A stretch of 64,000 nucleotides of DNA from positions 1-64,000 of the forward strand of contig JAZDNV010000001.1 in NCBI GenBank assembly GCA_043799385.1, read 5' to 3'. Positions within the stretch are counted from its first letter, which is position 1. Every line of letters begins with the position of its first letter. Shown here piece by piece: positions 1-9,705 of the stretch. The position numbers and the translations under genes are program-made. The notes under the pieces are model-generated. The model did not search any database, was not told the DNA's origin, and worked only from the letters and a program-made list of their open reading frames with translations. This stretch comes from Candidatus Aenigmatarchaeota archaeon (lineage in GTDB: Archaea; Aenigmatarchaeota; Aenigmatarchaeia; GW2011-AR5).

Positions 1-2
1 TA

Positions 3-212
3 TTGGGAAGATTTGGTGGAGGAGCGCTTTTTGCGTGGTCGACTTTTTATGCTTTTCAAAAATTCGCCGAATGGCATATGAAAAATGAAGATAATAAGTT
101 CAGGAAGCTTGGTTACAGAATAGGCAGTGACGGCGTCATAAATTTACATGAAAGTATGTACAGACTAATCGATGAAGATGCTCCAAAGCTGGGCAGCGGC
201 AACTACGTGTAG
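3..212 (+). CDS. Hypothetical protein, 5'-truncated by window edge
   Basis: Open frame from window start; no recognisable motif. Confidence 0.5.
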   Translation: MGRFGGGALFAWSTFYAFQKFAEWHMKNEDNKFRKLGYRIGSDGVINLHESMYRLIDEDAPKLGSGNYV

Positions 213-280
213 ATTATAACTACTGTTCAGTAACTAAATCTTTAAATACCGCAGAATTATAATAAGTTTGGGTGTGACGA

Positions 281-697
281 ATGAAAGGCATATACGAAAA
301 CATTAAGAGTATGAAGCCTGCTGATTTAATTAAATCTTTGTTCGATTCTAATGCTACTAAGAATCCGAAGTATAGAAGCAGAATAGGCGAGTTTTACGGT
401 TTTATTGAAGACCAGGGTATAGAGATATTCGAAGTACCGCATGCTCATTTGAAAAAAACATTTGGTGGTGATTATGTCGGGTGGAGACAGGGAAACAAGA
501 TTTATGTGGCTACGGACAAAAACGGAAGAAAACTTAAGGAAGACGAAATGATGGCAATAGTAGGCCACGAATATATGGCTGGATTTAACCACGAGAAATC
601 CGACAAAGAAGCGCAGAAGGGCGCGATTGATCTTTTTTCAGCACTAGGATACGCACCTGCATTTGCGCAGGCAGTAGCAATTAATGAAAGAATGTAA
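281..697 (+). CDS. Hypothetical protein, possibly degenerate zincin-like fold
   Basis: GGGTG RBS upstream; IYV...MAIVGHEY...EKSDKEA resembles small metallopeptidase-like domains but lacks a full HExxH. Confidence 0.6.
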   Translation: MKGIYENIKSMKPADLIKSLFDSNATKNPKYRSRIGEFYGFIEDQGIEIFEVPHAHLKKTFGGDYVGWRQGNKIYVATDKNGRKLKEDEMMAIVGHEYMAGFNHEKSDKEAQKGAIDLFSALGYAPAFAQAVAINERM

Positions 698-1383
698 TGG
701 TGATAAGAATGGCAGAAGAAAATAAAGGAAAGAATACTAAGATTGAATTTACAGGGGTTTTGAGTTTTGTTGGGAATGAAATGTTTGATACAGCCGAAGG
801 TATAACTCCTATCTCCAAGAGAAGGAAGATGCCTATATGGGGTATAGGAAAAAAGAAAGATGACGATAAAAATAAAGACAATGGGAAGCAAGAAGCCTCT
901 CAGGCACAGCCGTCCGTGGGACAGGTACCTCAATCCAAAGCAGGAACTAGTGGAGTTGATTGGGATAAGCTTTTGGGACCATACAAAAATAAAAAAAGTG
1001 GTGAAGATGTAGAAGTTTTGAAGTATTTCTCTGACATGGTAAAATGGCTCGTTTCAAAGGAAAACAGTATGATTGTTTATCAGGGGTTGAGCGAAAAAAA
1101 TAGAATGGAAGCGCTCAGAGAAGGTCATATCGATAGGCTCTACAACACATGGTATGGCAAAAATAACAAAAAATCTGCTAAAATAAATGTTCCAAAGTTG
1201 CACACGAGATTAAACGGGCAGTTCGTAGAAGTCGGCACAGAAGCGTATGACACTATGACAAAAGACTTTTCTGAGTATGTAAAAAACACTGGAAATATGG
1301 AGTATAGCACTTGGAGAGTGAACAGAAACCTTGCGTCAGGAATCTATGGCACTGAACGGGGGAATGTAAGAGTCATTATTTAG
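697..1383 (+). CDS. Hypothetical protein
   Basis: 228-aa ORF overlapping the upstream stop (TAATG); true start may be M6. Confidence 0.65.
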   Translation: MVIRMAEENKGKNTKIEFTGVLSFVGNEMFDTAEGITPISKRRKMPIWGIGKKKDDDKNKDNGKQEASQAQPSVGQVPQSKAGTSGVDWDKLLGPYKNKKSGEDVEVLKYFSDMVKWLVSKENSMIVYQGLSEKNRMEALREGHIDRLYNTWYGKNNKKSAKINVPKLHTRLNGQFVEVGTEAYDTMTKDFSEYVKNTGNMEYSTWRVNRNLASGIYGTERGNVRVII

Positions 1384-1433
1384 TTATTTTTTTCCTATAA
1401 AACTTTTTAATTCTGAAGCGATATATAGTTAGT

Positions 1434-2069
1434 ATGGCTATTCTAGATATCGGCGAAATCATATTCCGCGAGATACTGAAAATGAACGAGTATCCTGGCG
1501 CGCCTTTCACTGGAAACATCATAAATGATTTAGTAATGTTCTTGCTCGTGCCTTCTGTCTTTATAATAGTAATTATATACACGTTAGTAGGGAGGATTAC
1601 CGACAATGCAAAGCTAGACCTGCTACTCAGCATAACTTTTTATTTGTTCATAATCTTCGGCGGCTACTACAAGATGTTCGCATACCTTGCAGGACCGTAT
1701 TTCCTGATAATGCTAATATTCATGGGACTTGTAATGTTCTTTTTCGGCCACTTCGGTTTGCGAAGGAGGGAAGAGGGTGGCGGCGGAATGCCTGCTGCTG
1801 CACTTGCAACTGGAACAACAGAAGGTGAACTTGTAATGCAATTTGAAAAGCTTGCCAGGACTTACCAAGACGCGAAACTAGAACGTGACAGGCTCAGGGA
1901 GCTGAGCAAGACAAATCCTGCACTGGATAGAGAATTAGCCGTCCAGAGCGACACTGTAAATCATATAAAGAGGGAATTGAACAGTCTAGAAATGGCTGTT
2001 AAAAGGCAGAGATTAGGTCACGGAGTTGAAGCCCAGATTAAGGCAATGAGAAACAGGTACGGATTATGA
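1434..2069 (+). CDS. Membrane protein with about 3 TM helices and C-terminal coiled coil
   Basis: Hydrophobic N-half, G-rich linker, heptad-like C-terminus. Confidence 0.75.
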   Translation: MAILDIGEIIFREILKMNEYPGAPFTGNIINDLVMFLLVPSVFIIVIIYTLVGRITDNAKLDLLLSITFYLFIIFGGYYKMFAYLAGPYFLIMLIFMGLVMFFFGHFGLRRREEGGGGMPAAALATGTTEGELVMQFEKLARTYQDAKLERDRLRELSKTNPALDRELAVQSDTVNHIKRELNSLEMAVKRQRLGHGVEAQIKAMRNRYGL

Positions 2070-2515
2070 TTATAGAAGATTTCCTTCCGCAAATCGCGTC
2101 ATTTCTATTCGTATTCGCAGTAATCTACGGACTTCTATCAAGCGTGAAGCTCTTTGGCGAACAGAATAACCGGGTATCCGTGCTGATAGCACTGATAATC
2201 GCATTCTTTGCGATTATGTATTCGCCGCTGGTCAACATATTCTATGAATTCATGCCAATCGCAGCGATAATTCTGGTAATACTGTTTTTTGTGGTGTTCA
2301 TAAAAAAACTGATGCTCGACGGCGGCGGAAAAGACTCGCTACCAATAGCGGTATCATTAGCGGTGATGCTGACTGTTCTGGGTATATTATGGAATCGCCT
2401 GGGCTTCAGCATCGGTTCGATATCGTCAGAGAACATGCTCTGGATAATCGGTCTAGCAATAGTAATTATTTTGCTTTTTGCCGTTTATTCACATAAGCCC
2501 GACGAAAAGAAGTAA
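2066..2515 (+). CDS. Multi-pass membrane protein (tandem paralog 1)
   Basis: FLFVFAVIYGLLS motif shared with the next two genes; ATGA overlap with upstream gene. Confidence 0.8.
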   Translation: MIIEDFLPQIASFLFVFAVIYGLLSSVKLFGEQNNRVSVLIALIIAFFAIMYSPLVNIFYEFMPIAAIILVILFFVVFIKKLMLDGGGKDSLPIAVSLAVMLTVLGILWNRLGFSIGSISSENMLWIIGLAIVIILLFAVYSHKPDEKK

Positions 2516-2586
2516 CCTGTAATTGAATTGTAATTTTTGGATTTTGCTTCGATAAATATATAAGAGGGCGGAGGTAATAGAATACT

Positions 2587-3117
2587 ATGGCTGACCCGTT
2601 CACGACGCTGGTGCACAATCTAAATGCGATGGGATTCTATACTTTTCTGTTGCCATGGCTGTTCGTTTTCGCAGTCGTATACGGGCTTTTATCTACGGTA
2701 AAGCTCTTTGGCGAACAGAACAACCGCATATCTGCGCTGATAGCATTCATAGCAGCGTTTTTCGCTGTTAGCTTTGCTGGACCGATGATGGCCGCTTTCT
2801 TTACCAACCTGTTTGGCGGCGCAACAATTATACTAGCAGGCATTCTTGTCATTGTTCTGCTGCTCGCTATGGCAGGATTCAAACTAGACGCGTTGACTGA
2901 CATCAATAAAATGAGTGTAAAAATAGTTATTCTGCTCCTAATAATAATTGGCATTATAGTCTTCTTGGCGGCAACAGGGAACATAAGCGGTGTTGTATTG
3001 AATGATGATCTGATAACAATGATATTCATTATTGTGGTAATTCTATTTGCCATATGGTTCGTTACAGGTGGAGAAAAGAAAGGTAGCGCAACAACAGGTC
3101 AGAAACCTACTGGTTAA
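2587..3117 (+). CDS. Multi-pass membrane protein (tandem paralog 2)
   Basis: GGAGGT RBS; LLPWLFVFAVVYGLL motif. Confidence 0.85.
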   Translation: MADPFTTLVHNLNAMGFYTFLLPWLFVFAVVYGLLSTVKLFGEQNNRISALIAFIAAFFAVSFAGPMMAAFFTNLFGGATIILAGILVIVLLLAMAGFKLDALTDINKMSVKIVILLLIIIGIIVFLAATGNISGVVLNDDLITMIFIIVVILFAIWFVTGGEKKGSATTGQKPTG

Positions 3118-3134
3118 AATTTTATTGTGATTTT

Positions 3135-3602
3135 ATGAACCCGTTCGAGCTTCTTGTCAGTAACCTCAATCAGATGGGGTTCTTTGGATTCTTGCTGCCA
3201 TGGCTTTTGACATTTGCAGTATCATACGGTTTGCTGGTTAAGTCAAAAGTGCTTGGAGAAGACGTCAAGATAGTCGGCGTCGTATCGCTTGTTCTATCAT
3301 TCTTTGTTATCGGATATGGCGGACTCGCTCTTGGCTTATTTTTCCAGAAGCTTTTCGGCGTTGCAGTTGTCGTAATTGGCGGCATTCTTGTAATCGTATT
3401 GTTCGTCGGAATGGCTGGCGGTGATATATCGAAACTCGTTGAGAGCAAGGCAGTGCTTGCGTTGATAGCAGGAATCGGCATAATCGTATTCGTGCTGACA
3501 GTTGGAAATTTGGGTATAGGGGTGAACAACGAAATCATAAGCGCGATCTTCGTTGTGATAATAATGGCAGTCGCGATAATGTTCATAACCGGTGGGAAAT
3601 AA
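3135..3602 (+). CDS. Multi-pass membrane protein (tandem paralog 3)
   Basis: PFxxLVxNLNxMGF..FLLPWL..FAV.YGLL, collinear with paralog 2. Confidence 0.85.
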   Translation: MNPFELLVSNLNQMGFFGFLLPWLLTFAVSYGLLVKSKVLGEDVKIVGVVSLVLSFFVIGYGGLALGLFFQKLFGVAVVVIGGILVIVLFVGMAGGDISKLVESKAVLALIAGIGIIVFVLTVGNLGIGVNNEIISAIFVVIIMAVAIMFITGGK

Positions 3603-3625
3603 ATTAATTTATTTTAATTAAACAA

Positions 3626-3871
3626 TCATCGTTTTCTATTCTTGAAATATTTTTGAACAGCTAATGTGAACCATGCAATAGAAACTAAAGAACTTGAAAT
3701 TACGCTGAGCCATAATTCCAGTGTAGAATATGTCAGAGCAAATACAGCGAGAACCCCTCCTGTAAGCATACTTGTTGAAAACGGCGGCTTATCCCTGCTT
3801 CTGATACTAGGTATAAGCGCTATGAAAAAAATCCAAGAACCAGCAGATAAAATTATGTCTTGCCATACCAT
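3626..3871 (-). CDS. Small 3-TM membrane protein, PQ-loop/SemiSWEET-like
   Basis: 81 aa, three hydrophobic segments, ALIPSI in place of the PQ motif. Confidence 0.55.
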   Translation of the reverse strand: MVWQDIILSAGSWIFFIALIPSIRSRDKPPFSTSMLTGGVLAVFALTYSTLELWLSVISSSLVSIAWFTLAVQKYFKNRKR

Positions 3872-3880
3872 TTATGTGAC

Positions 3881-4501
3881 CTACTGGTAAACCTTCTCTT
3901 CCCTTCGCGACTTCATTTCATGTATCATTGCGGACAACGATTCAATGTTTCTCGTCAACGATGGCAGGAATTGCTTGAACGCCTTTTCCAGGCCGCCGAC
4001 GCGCGCTTCCAGATTGTCCAGGCGGTCATTAATTTCGCTAATGCTTGTTTCTAATTCTTTGTTTTCGACAGGAACAATTAGTCCGCCTTCCTGCCGCGAT
4101 AACCTCAACTCGCTCATCTCTTTCTTGACTTCCGCAATCCTGTCTTCAAATTTTTTCCACTTATCTTCGACTATTCCTTCAACTAACTCTTCGACAATCA
4201 TGTCGGGTGAAACCCTATCATCAAATTCGATGTCCGGCATCTCCAACTCCGGTTGCTCCAAGTCAGATAGACCTTCTATCTCGACCGTCTCAGATGCTGA
4301 TGTTGGGCGTTCAGCACCTTTCGGTTCATCCTCAACGCCTGCTTTAACTGCCTGAAGCATTGCGGACTCAATCTCATCGTATGAGTGGCCTTCTGACTTT
4401 AGCTGCTTGATTATATCCTTGTCAGCCATGCCCTTAGCCGTCAACATCTGAACTTCCTCCACTGATATGGGCCTTACATCCTTTTTTTTCTTGAAAAACA
4501 T
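3881..4501 (-). CDS. Acidic coiled-coil protein
   Basis: GGTGA RBS; N-terminal helical domain, acidic linker, C-terminal heptads. Confidence 0.8.
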   Translation of the reverse strand: MFFKKKKDVRPISVEEVQMLTAKGMADKDIIKQLKSEGHSYDEIESAMLQAVKAGVEDEPKGAERPTSASETVEIEGLSDLEQPELEMPDIEFDDRVSPDMIVEELVEGIVEDKWKKFEDRIAEVKKEMSELRLSRQEGGLIVPVENKELETSISEINDRLDNLEARVGGLEKAFKQFLPSLTRNIESLSAMIHEMKSRREEKVYQ

Positions 4502-4519
4502 GCTTTCACCAAATTATTA

Positions 4520-4876
4520 TTATTCACTCGTATTATTATCCTTTTGCATAGCGTTATCAGGGTTCAACAGGTCAAGCATCGTTTCCAATTCCTTGACGTC
4601 TTTCTTCATCGCATAGCGCACTGCTTGTTTATTCATCTTATCCATGTTGTTTTTTATCTTTGTAACATCGTCGCTAAGGCTTTTTAAAATAGCATCAGCC
4701 TCTGTGAACTTGCTGTTAATTTTCCTTATCTTCTCCAGGCTCGTCTCCTCCAACGACTTCGTCCGGTTTTCCTGTATTTGTATCTTGTCTTCAAGGCTTC
4801 GCACTCTTCTATTGATGTCGTTTGTCCTTTTAACAAGTTCCTGGAGAATGATGTCAGTCTTGTCGGTCACAGGCAT
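4520..4876 (-). CDS. Coiled-coil protein
   Basis: Continuous heptad pattern; co-oriented with the 3881-4501 gene. Confidence 0.8.
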   Translation of the reverse strand: MPVTDKTDIILQELVKRTNDINRRVRSLEDKIQIQENRTKSLEETSLEKIRKINSKFTEADAILKSLSDDVTKIKNNMDKMNKQAVRYAMKKDVKELETMLDLLNPDNAMQKDNNTSE

Positions 4877-4923
4877 ATTTACCTATTATTTTTTCTTGTA
4901 TATTAAGCTAATTCCTCTGAAAG

Positions 4924-5014
4924 TTTGCACCTAAAGAAAGCTATTGACTTGTAAACAATGTCAATAGCTTACCGTTGATGGATGTCAAAAAGACTCCATC
5001 ACTTTAGGTGCAAA
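4924..5014. repeat. Structured intergenic element 1 (three-way junction)
   Basis: P1 tttgcacctaaag 4924-4936 / ctttaggtgcaaa 5002-5014; P2 aagctattgac 4938-4948 / gtcaatagctt 4960-4970; P3 tgatgga(t)gtc 4976-4986 / gactccatca 4992-5001. Confidence 0.85.
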
Positions 5015-5070
5015 AGTTTTCTGAAACTAATCGAAAATATTAATAGATTGGACAATTATTATAGATAATA

Positions 5071-7296
5071 ATGGTCTGCAACTACGAATACGACGAAGAG
5101 ACGCAGAAGATGCGCGTTAACTGTCTTGGATGCATATACAGTTCGAATATCGAGGATTCTGACGTATGCATGGCAGCGGTCATAGACAAGCTGCTTGAAT
5201 TGAAAAAGGTTGTTCGTGTCGTATTAGCTGAAAGGCGTGAGCATGAATACGACTTCTCCGAAGTACGGTTGCTATTGGAAATAGCCAACGCCATAGAAAA
5301 GATAACAAGGGAGAAGGTAATTTCAATAAGGAATACCTCCATAAAGGGGTGCGAAAAAGATGCGCCTGGAAGATACAGTTTTTTACAGGGCATTCTCTAC
5401 GAGCTGCGGCATGATCCGATCGACGCCTACAAAAAACTTCTCAGGGAGATAAGGCACGCGAATGTCAACATTGAAAAGTATAGCGGAATAGAAAAGAGTT
5501 GCTTGGAGCACTACATGAACAATGCGCTACTGCCAATGCAGAGAATAATCGAGTCCTGCAGATTAATCGATATGGTAAAAGATGAGTTAACAGAACACAA
5601 AGACCGTGCATTATATAGAAAGATATTTCATCCGACTGTAAGGCCAAACTTCATGTATACGAGATACGTTACAACGCCGCCGACAAACGCTGAATTAATC
5701 GAGCGCTACAAGGTTGGCGACAGCGACGTTGAAATCTATCAGATAGCCGGCAAGACGAGAAAGCTCTACCACATAGTACCGCCGGAATTCAGACTGAGCG
5801 ATGATGAATATACGCTGCTAGACGCGGCGAGAAATTATATAGGCAGGCACGAGCCACGCGGCATGGAGATGGCAGAACCGGACAAAGTCAGGGAAAATAT
5901 ATTCAGGATAAGCATCGACCTGCTGACTGATATCTCAAGGAGCATGAGGATAAATATAACTGAGGTTGGACTAAGAAGACTTGCAAACATACTCACGAGA
6001 TATACGGCAGGGTTGGGTATACTAGAATTGCTTCTGCAGGATGAAAAAATCCAGGATATAATGATAAATTCTCCTGTCGGGCTGGCACCGATATACATAT
6101 TTCATGAAAACTACTATGACTGCGAGACTAACATGGTTCCGACCATGGAGGACGCGGATTCATGGGCAACCAGATTTAGATTGCGTTCAGGCCGACCATT
6201 AGACGAGGCGAATCCTGTTCTCGATACAGACATCACTGTTCCAGGCGGACGCGCGAGAGTCGCGGCAATAACAAGAAGCCTTTCACCTGACGGATTAGGC
6301 TTCGCGCTTCGACGTCATAGAGACAAGCCATGGACATTCCCGCTGTTCATCAAAACAAAGATGATAGATTCGTTTTCAGCAGCGCTGGTCTGGTTTTTGA
6401 TTGACGGTTCCAGAACGCTTCTAATTGCCGGAACAAGGGGCAGCGGAAAATCCAGTTTTTTAGGCGCTTGCATGGTTCAGATAATGCCGAAACTGAGGAT
6501 AGTCTCGGTTGAAGATACGCTTGAACTGCCGATAGAGCAGCTACGCGAGCTTGGTTATAATATAGAAAGGTTGAAATCACGTTCAGTCATAACACATGTG
6601 GAAACAGAATTGCCGGCAGAAGAGGCGCTAAGAACCGCGCTGCGTCTTGGCGATTCGTGTTTAATAATAGGCGAAGTCCGCTCTCGCGAGGCGCTAGCTT
6701 TGTACGAGGCAATGAGAATTGGCGCATTGGCTAACGTTGTAGCAGGTACGATACACGTCGACAGCGCTTACGGCGTTTTTGATCGTGTCGTCAATGACTT
6801 GGGCGTTCCGCCAACCAGCTTCAAGGCGACCGACATTGTCCTTGTCTGCAACGTCCTACGATCACCTGACGGATTGCACTCATTCAGACGCGTTGTTGAA
6901 TTAACCGAGGTCAGAAAGCATTGGAAGAACGATCCTCTGGAAGAGGGCGGTTTTGTAAATTTGTTAGAGTACTCGGCTCTGGATGATATGCTGAAACCGT
7001 CAAAAACACTGATCATGGGCGAGTCGGTCGTGTTGAATGAGATAGCAAACCGCGTGAGGGAGTGGCGCGGCAGATGGGATGCAATTTGGGATAATATCAA
7101 GCTCAGGGAAAACATATTGCAAACATTGGTGAATTATGCAAAATCAAAGAATAAACCAGAGCTTCTGGAAGCTCCGACTGTGATAGAATCGAATTCCGCA
7201 TTCCACCTGATAAGCAACGAGGTAAAGGAGGAGCTAGGGAAATTGGACAGCAAGATTATATACAGCAAATGGCTGGAATGGCTAAATACCAAGTGA
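5071..7296 (+). CDS. Type II/IV secretion or type IV pilus assembly ATPase (VirB11/FlaI/PilB family) with long N-terminal extension
   Basis: Walker A GTRGSGKS, Asp box VEDTLEL, Walker B IIGEVR, His box GTIH. Confidence 0.92.
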   Translation: MVCNYEYDEETQKMRVNCLGCIYSSNIEDSDVCMAAVIDKLLELKKVVRVVLAERREHEYDFSEVRLLLEIANAIEKITREKVISIRNTSIKGCEKDAPGRYSFLQGILYELRHDPIDAYKKLLREIRHANVNIEKYSGIEKSCLEHYMNNALLPMQRIIESCRLIDMVKDELTEHKDRALYRKIFHPTVRPNFMYTRYVTTPPTNAELIERYKVGDSDVEIYQIAGKTRKLYHIVPPEFRLSDDEYTLLDAARNYIGRHEPRGMEMAEPDKVRENIFRISIDLLTDISRSMRINITEVGLRRLANILTRYTAGLGILELLLQDEKIQDIMINSPVGLAPIYIFHENYYDCETNMVPTMEDADSWATRFRLRSGRPLDEANPVLDTDITVPGGRARVAAITRSLSPDGLGFALRRHRDKPWTFPLFIKTKMIDSFSAALVWFLIDGSRTLLIAGTRGSGKSSFLGACMVQIMPKLRIVSVEDTLELPIEQLRELGYNIERLKSRSVITHVETELPAEEALRTALRLGDSCLIIGEVRSREALALYEAMRIGALANVVAGTIHVDSAYGVFDRVVNDLGVPPTSFKATDIVLVCNVLRSPDGLHSFRRVVELTEVRKHWKNDPLEEGGFVNLLEYSALDDMLKPSKTLIMGESVVLNEIANRVREWRGRWDAIWDNIKLRENILQTLVNYAKSKNKPELLEAPTVIESNSAFHLISNEVKEELGKLDSKIIYSKWLEWLNTK

Positions 7297-7300
7297 GCGG

Positions 7301-7600
7301 ATGATTCAATACATCTTTGTTAATCTGACCGTATTCATAATCTCATTTATTCTGATGCAATACGCTTTCGGTCCAAACTCAGAAATATGGAAGATGCCGA
7401 CATTCAAATACAACAGAAAGAAGGGCATACTGTCTGTGATTATCTGGCTATTAATAACGTACAACTCTTTTTTTGGTGTTGATATTTTTTTATTCATAGC
7501 GCTTGTATGCTTTTGGATAATCACGGTGCCAATATCCTACGTAATATCGTGCATAATAATATCTAATTACGATAAATTCATAGCTCAAATAAAAAAATAA
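7301..7600 (+). CDS. Small membrane protein
   Basis: Three hydrophobic segments; directly follows the ATPase. Confidence 0.6.
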   Translation: MIQYIFVNLTVFIISFILMQYAFGPNSEIWKMPTFKYNRKKGILSVIIWLLITYNSFFGVDIFLFIALVCFWIITVPISYVISCIIISNYDKFIAQIKK

Positions 7601-7622
7601 AAGATAAAAAATCGAAATGGAT

Positions 7623-7913
7623 TTATTTCTTCAAGATCAGTTCTATCGTTGAAACGTTAAGTTTTTCCTTGTTTTCATCTTCTATTACTTCTGTTCCTAT
7701 TTCTATCTTGTCAACTTTTGCTTCTGGAACGAACTTGTTCTTAACAATCTCTGCAACGTCGACTACCTTGCTTATCGCGCGTCCACGAGCCTTCAGATGG
7801 ATTTCTGTCTGACCAGCGCCGAACTGAGTTACGACTGCCAGCACATAGGCCATGTTCGGTTTCTTTCCGATGAAAACAACGTTGTCTCTCATTTCCCTTG
7901 TCTTTTCTGTCAT
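7623..7913 (-). CDS. albA: DNA/RNA-binding protein Alba
   Basis: VFIGKKP..YV, KARGRAISKVVDVAE, VSTIELIL; GAGGTG RBS. Confidence 0.97.
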   Translation of the reverse strand: MTEKTREMRDNVVFIGKKPNMAYVLAVVTQFGAGQTEIHLKARGRAISKVVDVAEIVKNKFVPEAKVDKIEIGTEVIEDENKEKLNVSTIELILKK

Positions 7914-7993
7914 TGTTCACACCTCGTCATGTTATATGCTACACTGTGATGTTAGCTGTCGTTAATATATTCAAAAAGTTTTTAACCCTTTCT

Positions 7994-8091
7994 ATACTGC
8001 TAACTCAATGGGTATTAACATGCTTTGCAGTTAATACCCAGATTGAAGCAATAGCATTAACAGATGCTATTGCTTGTTGAGTTAGCAGTAT
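7994..8091. repeat. Structured intergenic element 2 (three-way junction)
   Basis: Perfect stems: P1 15 bp atactgctaactcaa 7994-8008 / ttgagttagcagtat 8077-8091; P2 11 bp 8009-8019 / 8030-8040; P3 12 bp aagcaatagcat 8046-8057 / atgctattgctt 8064-8075. Confidence 0.9.
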
Positions 8092-8096
8092 TATTC

Positions 8097-8498
8097 CTAT
8101 CTGCAGCAGTGACTACCAAAAGAACAAGTGCCTGGTATCTCTTTTTCACCGCTACTGCAAACGGGTTTGCATTCGCCTTTCAAGTCAACGCAAGCGACTT
8201 GTGGGCAGTAGCCTTCGCAGCATCTCAATAAGCACTCTCTATCGAGCGAAGAACATAGTTTCAGTCCTTTGCATACGTTCTCAAGACTCTTTTTTGTGTC
8301 GTCGTTAGCGCCTGACGGATTGTTGCAGTCTTTATCCGTCTGAACGTACTCGTGGCATTTTATTGCTCTTTCCTGCTCCAATTTTACTATATCTGTCTGC
8401 TTGAAAACCGGCATGAAAAAGAGCAGAAGTGCGACTAAAACGATTCCGGCGAGCATCAGTATTACAACCGTCTCTATCGGCAAGCTTATACCCTTCAT
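8097..8498 (-). CDS. Type IV pilin-like protein, Cys-rich
   Basis: Class III signal MKG|ISLPIETVVILMLAGIVL; Cys-rich C-terminus. Confidence 0.85.
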   Translation of the reverse strand: MKGISLPIETVVILMLAGIVLVALLLFFMPVFKQTDIVKLEQERAIKCHEYVQTDKDCNNPSGANDDTKKSLENVCKGLKLCSSLDRECLLRCCEGYCPQVACVDLKGECKPVCSSGEKEIPGTCSFGSHCCR

Positions 8499-8539
8499 AG
8501 ATATCTATTCCTTGCAGCAGATATAAAATTAATTAGATA

Positions 8540-9295
8540 TTATCCTTTCAGTTTTATAGCCAGAAACACCGGAACTTTTTCGAATTTATCGCCGGAATCG
8601 CGGTAATATTCGTAGCTGTCTAGGAATGTCGCTTTTATATCATAGCGACTACCAGCAATATTTTTTTCAAGCTTGTACTTCACGCCGAATTGATTGGCAA
8701 TCCGCTTTGCCTCGTTATCAAAGTAACTGTCTGCATTGCCGCTGAATGCCATTGCAGATTTCACTAGCTCGTTGGCCGCAGAAACGAGCTTTTTGAACTT
8801 GGTCTTTATTTTGTTGACGTTCGTGGTTTTTGCAGAAATCTCAGTATTACCAAAAGACATGTCTAATTTCTGGGTCACTTCTGAAACTATCTCATCGTCC
8901 TTAACCGAAAATTTCGCCTTGATGTCGCTTATCTTCACATCAACGCCATTCACCTTGATGCTCTTCTGTATTTTCAGATAATCATTCATGGATTCTGCCA
9001 AACTTTTTGCTATGTCATCGTCATTCTTTACCAAAGACTGTCCGTCCCTGTACCAATACTCCTCGCCCAGATTACCGGACTTGAATATCGCCTGCACAGC
9101 AGATAGAAACCATGTCTCGCCAAGTGATTTATCGATAATATAGAACGTGTTTTCTGCCTTGATTAATTCTGCCTTCTCGAATGATATCTTTTCCTCGGCA
9201 TGCGCAGCTCTTGTATTCATCAGCGTAAAGCCGGATGCAAGGGCTATCATCAGAATGATGAATATTATTGACGTAAATGTTGCATCTGCCTTCAT
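8540..9295 (-). CDS. Pilin-like protein
   Basis: MKA| followed by a hydrophobic helix; coupled to neighbours. Confidence 0.7.
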   Translation of the reverse strand: MKADATFTSIIFIILMIALASGFTLMNTRAAHAEEKISFEKAELIKAENTFYIIDKSLGETWFLSAVQAIFKSGNLGEEYWYRDGQSLVKNDDDIAKSLAESMNDYLKIQKSIKVNGVDVKISDIKAKFSVKDDEIVSEVTQKLDMSFGNTEISAKTTNVNKIKTKFKKLVSAANELVKSAMAFSGNADSYFDNEAKRIANQFGVKYKLEKNIAGSRYDIKATFLDSYEYYRDSGDKFEKVPVFLAIKLKG

Positions 9296-9705
9296 GATAT
9301 CACCAAATAACCGATTTTATCTTTGTAGAACAACGGAATCGTGAATTCAAAGCCTCTTTCTTTGCCGACTGACATGTATGTCTTTGTATCCTTCAGGGTG
9401 ATTTTGTAATTAATATCGTATTCTTTCAAAAACTCCTCAAATGAATTTTTTATTTCTATGTCTGCCCTGCCGATCGCGATTGTTTCAATCGATTGCTCGA
9501 ATAGCGATGAATCCTTCCATTGACTCAGGGCCTGCGCAACCAGATACGGCTCGTTCGTATATTCAACGAATGCTATGGAATAGCTCTGCGAGCCTTTTCC
9601 AAAGTTTTGCGTTAATATGCTCACAAAGAGTATGAAGATTATTACGAAAACAAATATCACCCACAGTATCACTGTCCAGAATATTCCGGGAAGCATGCCT
9701 CTCAT
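9292..9705 (-). CDS. Pilin-like protein
   Basis: MRG| followed by a long hydrophobic helix; ATGA overlap. Confidence 0.7.
   Translation of the reverse strand: MRGMLPGIFWTVILWVIFVFVIIFILFVSILTQNFGKGSQSYSIAFVEYTNEPYLVAQALSQWKDSSLFEQSIETIAIGRADIEIKNSFEEFLKEYDINYKITLKDTKTYMSVGKERGFEFTIPLFYKDKIGYLVIS

Noticed and set aside
281..697. Active zinc metalloprotease
   Set aside because: HEYMA is not HExxH; the second His is missing or displaced.
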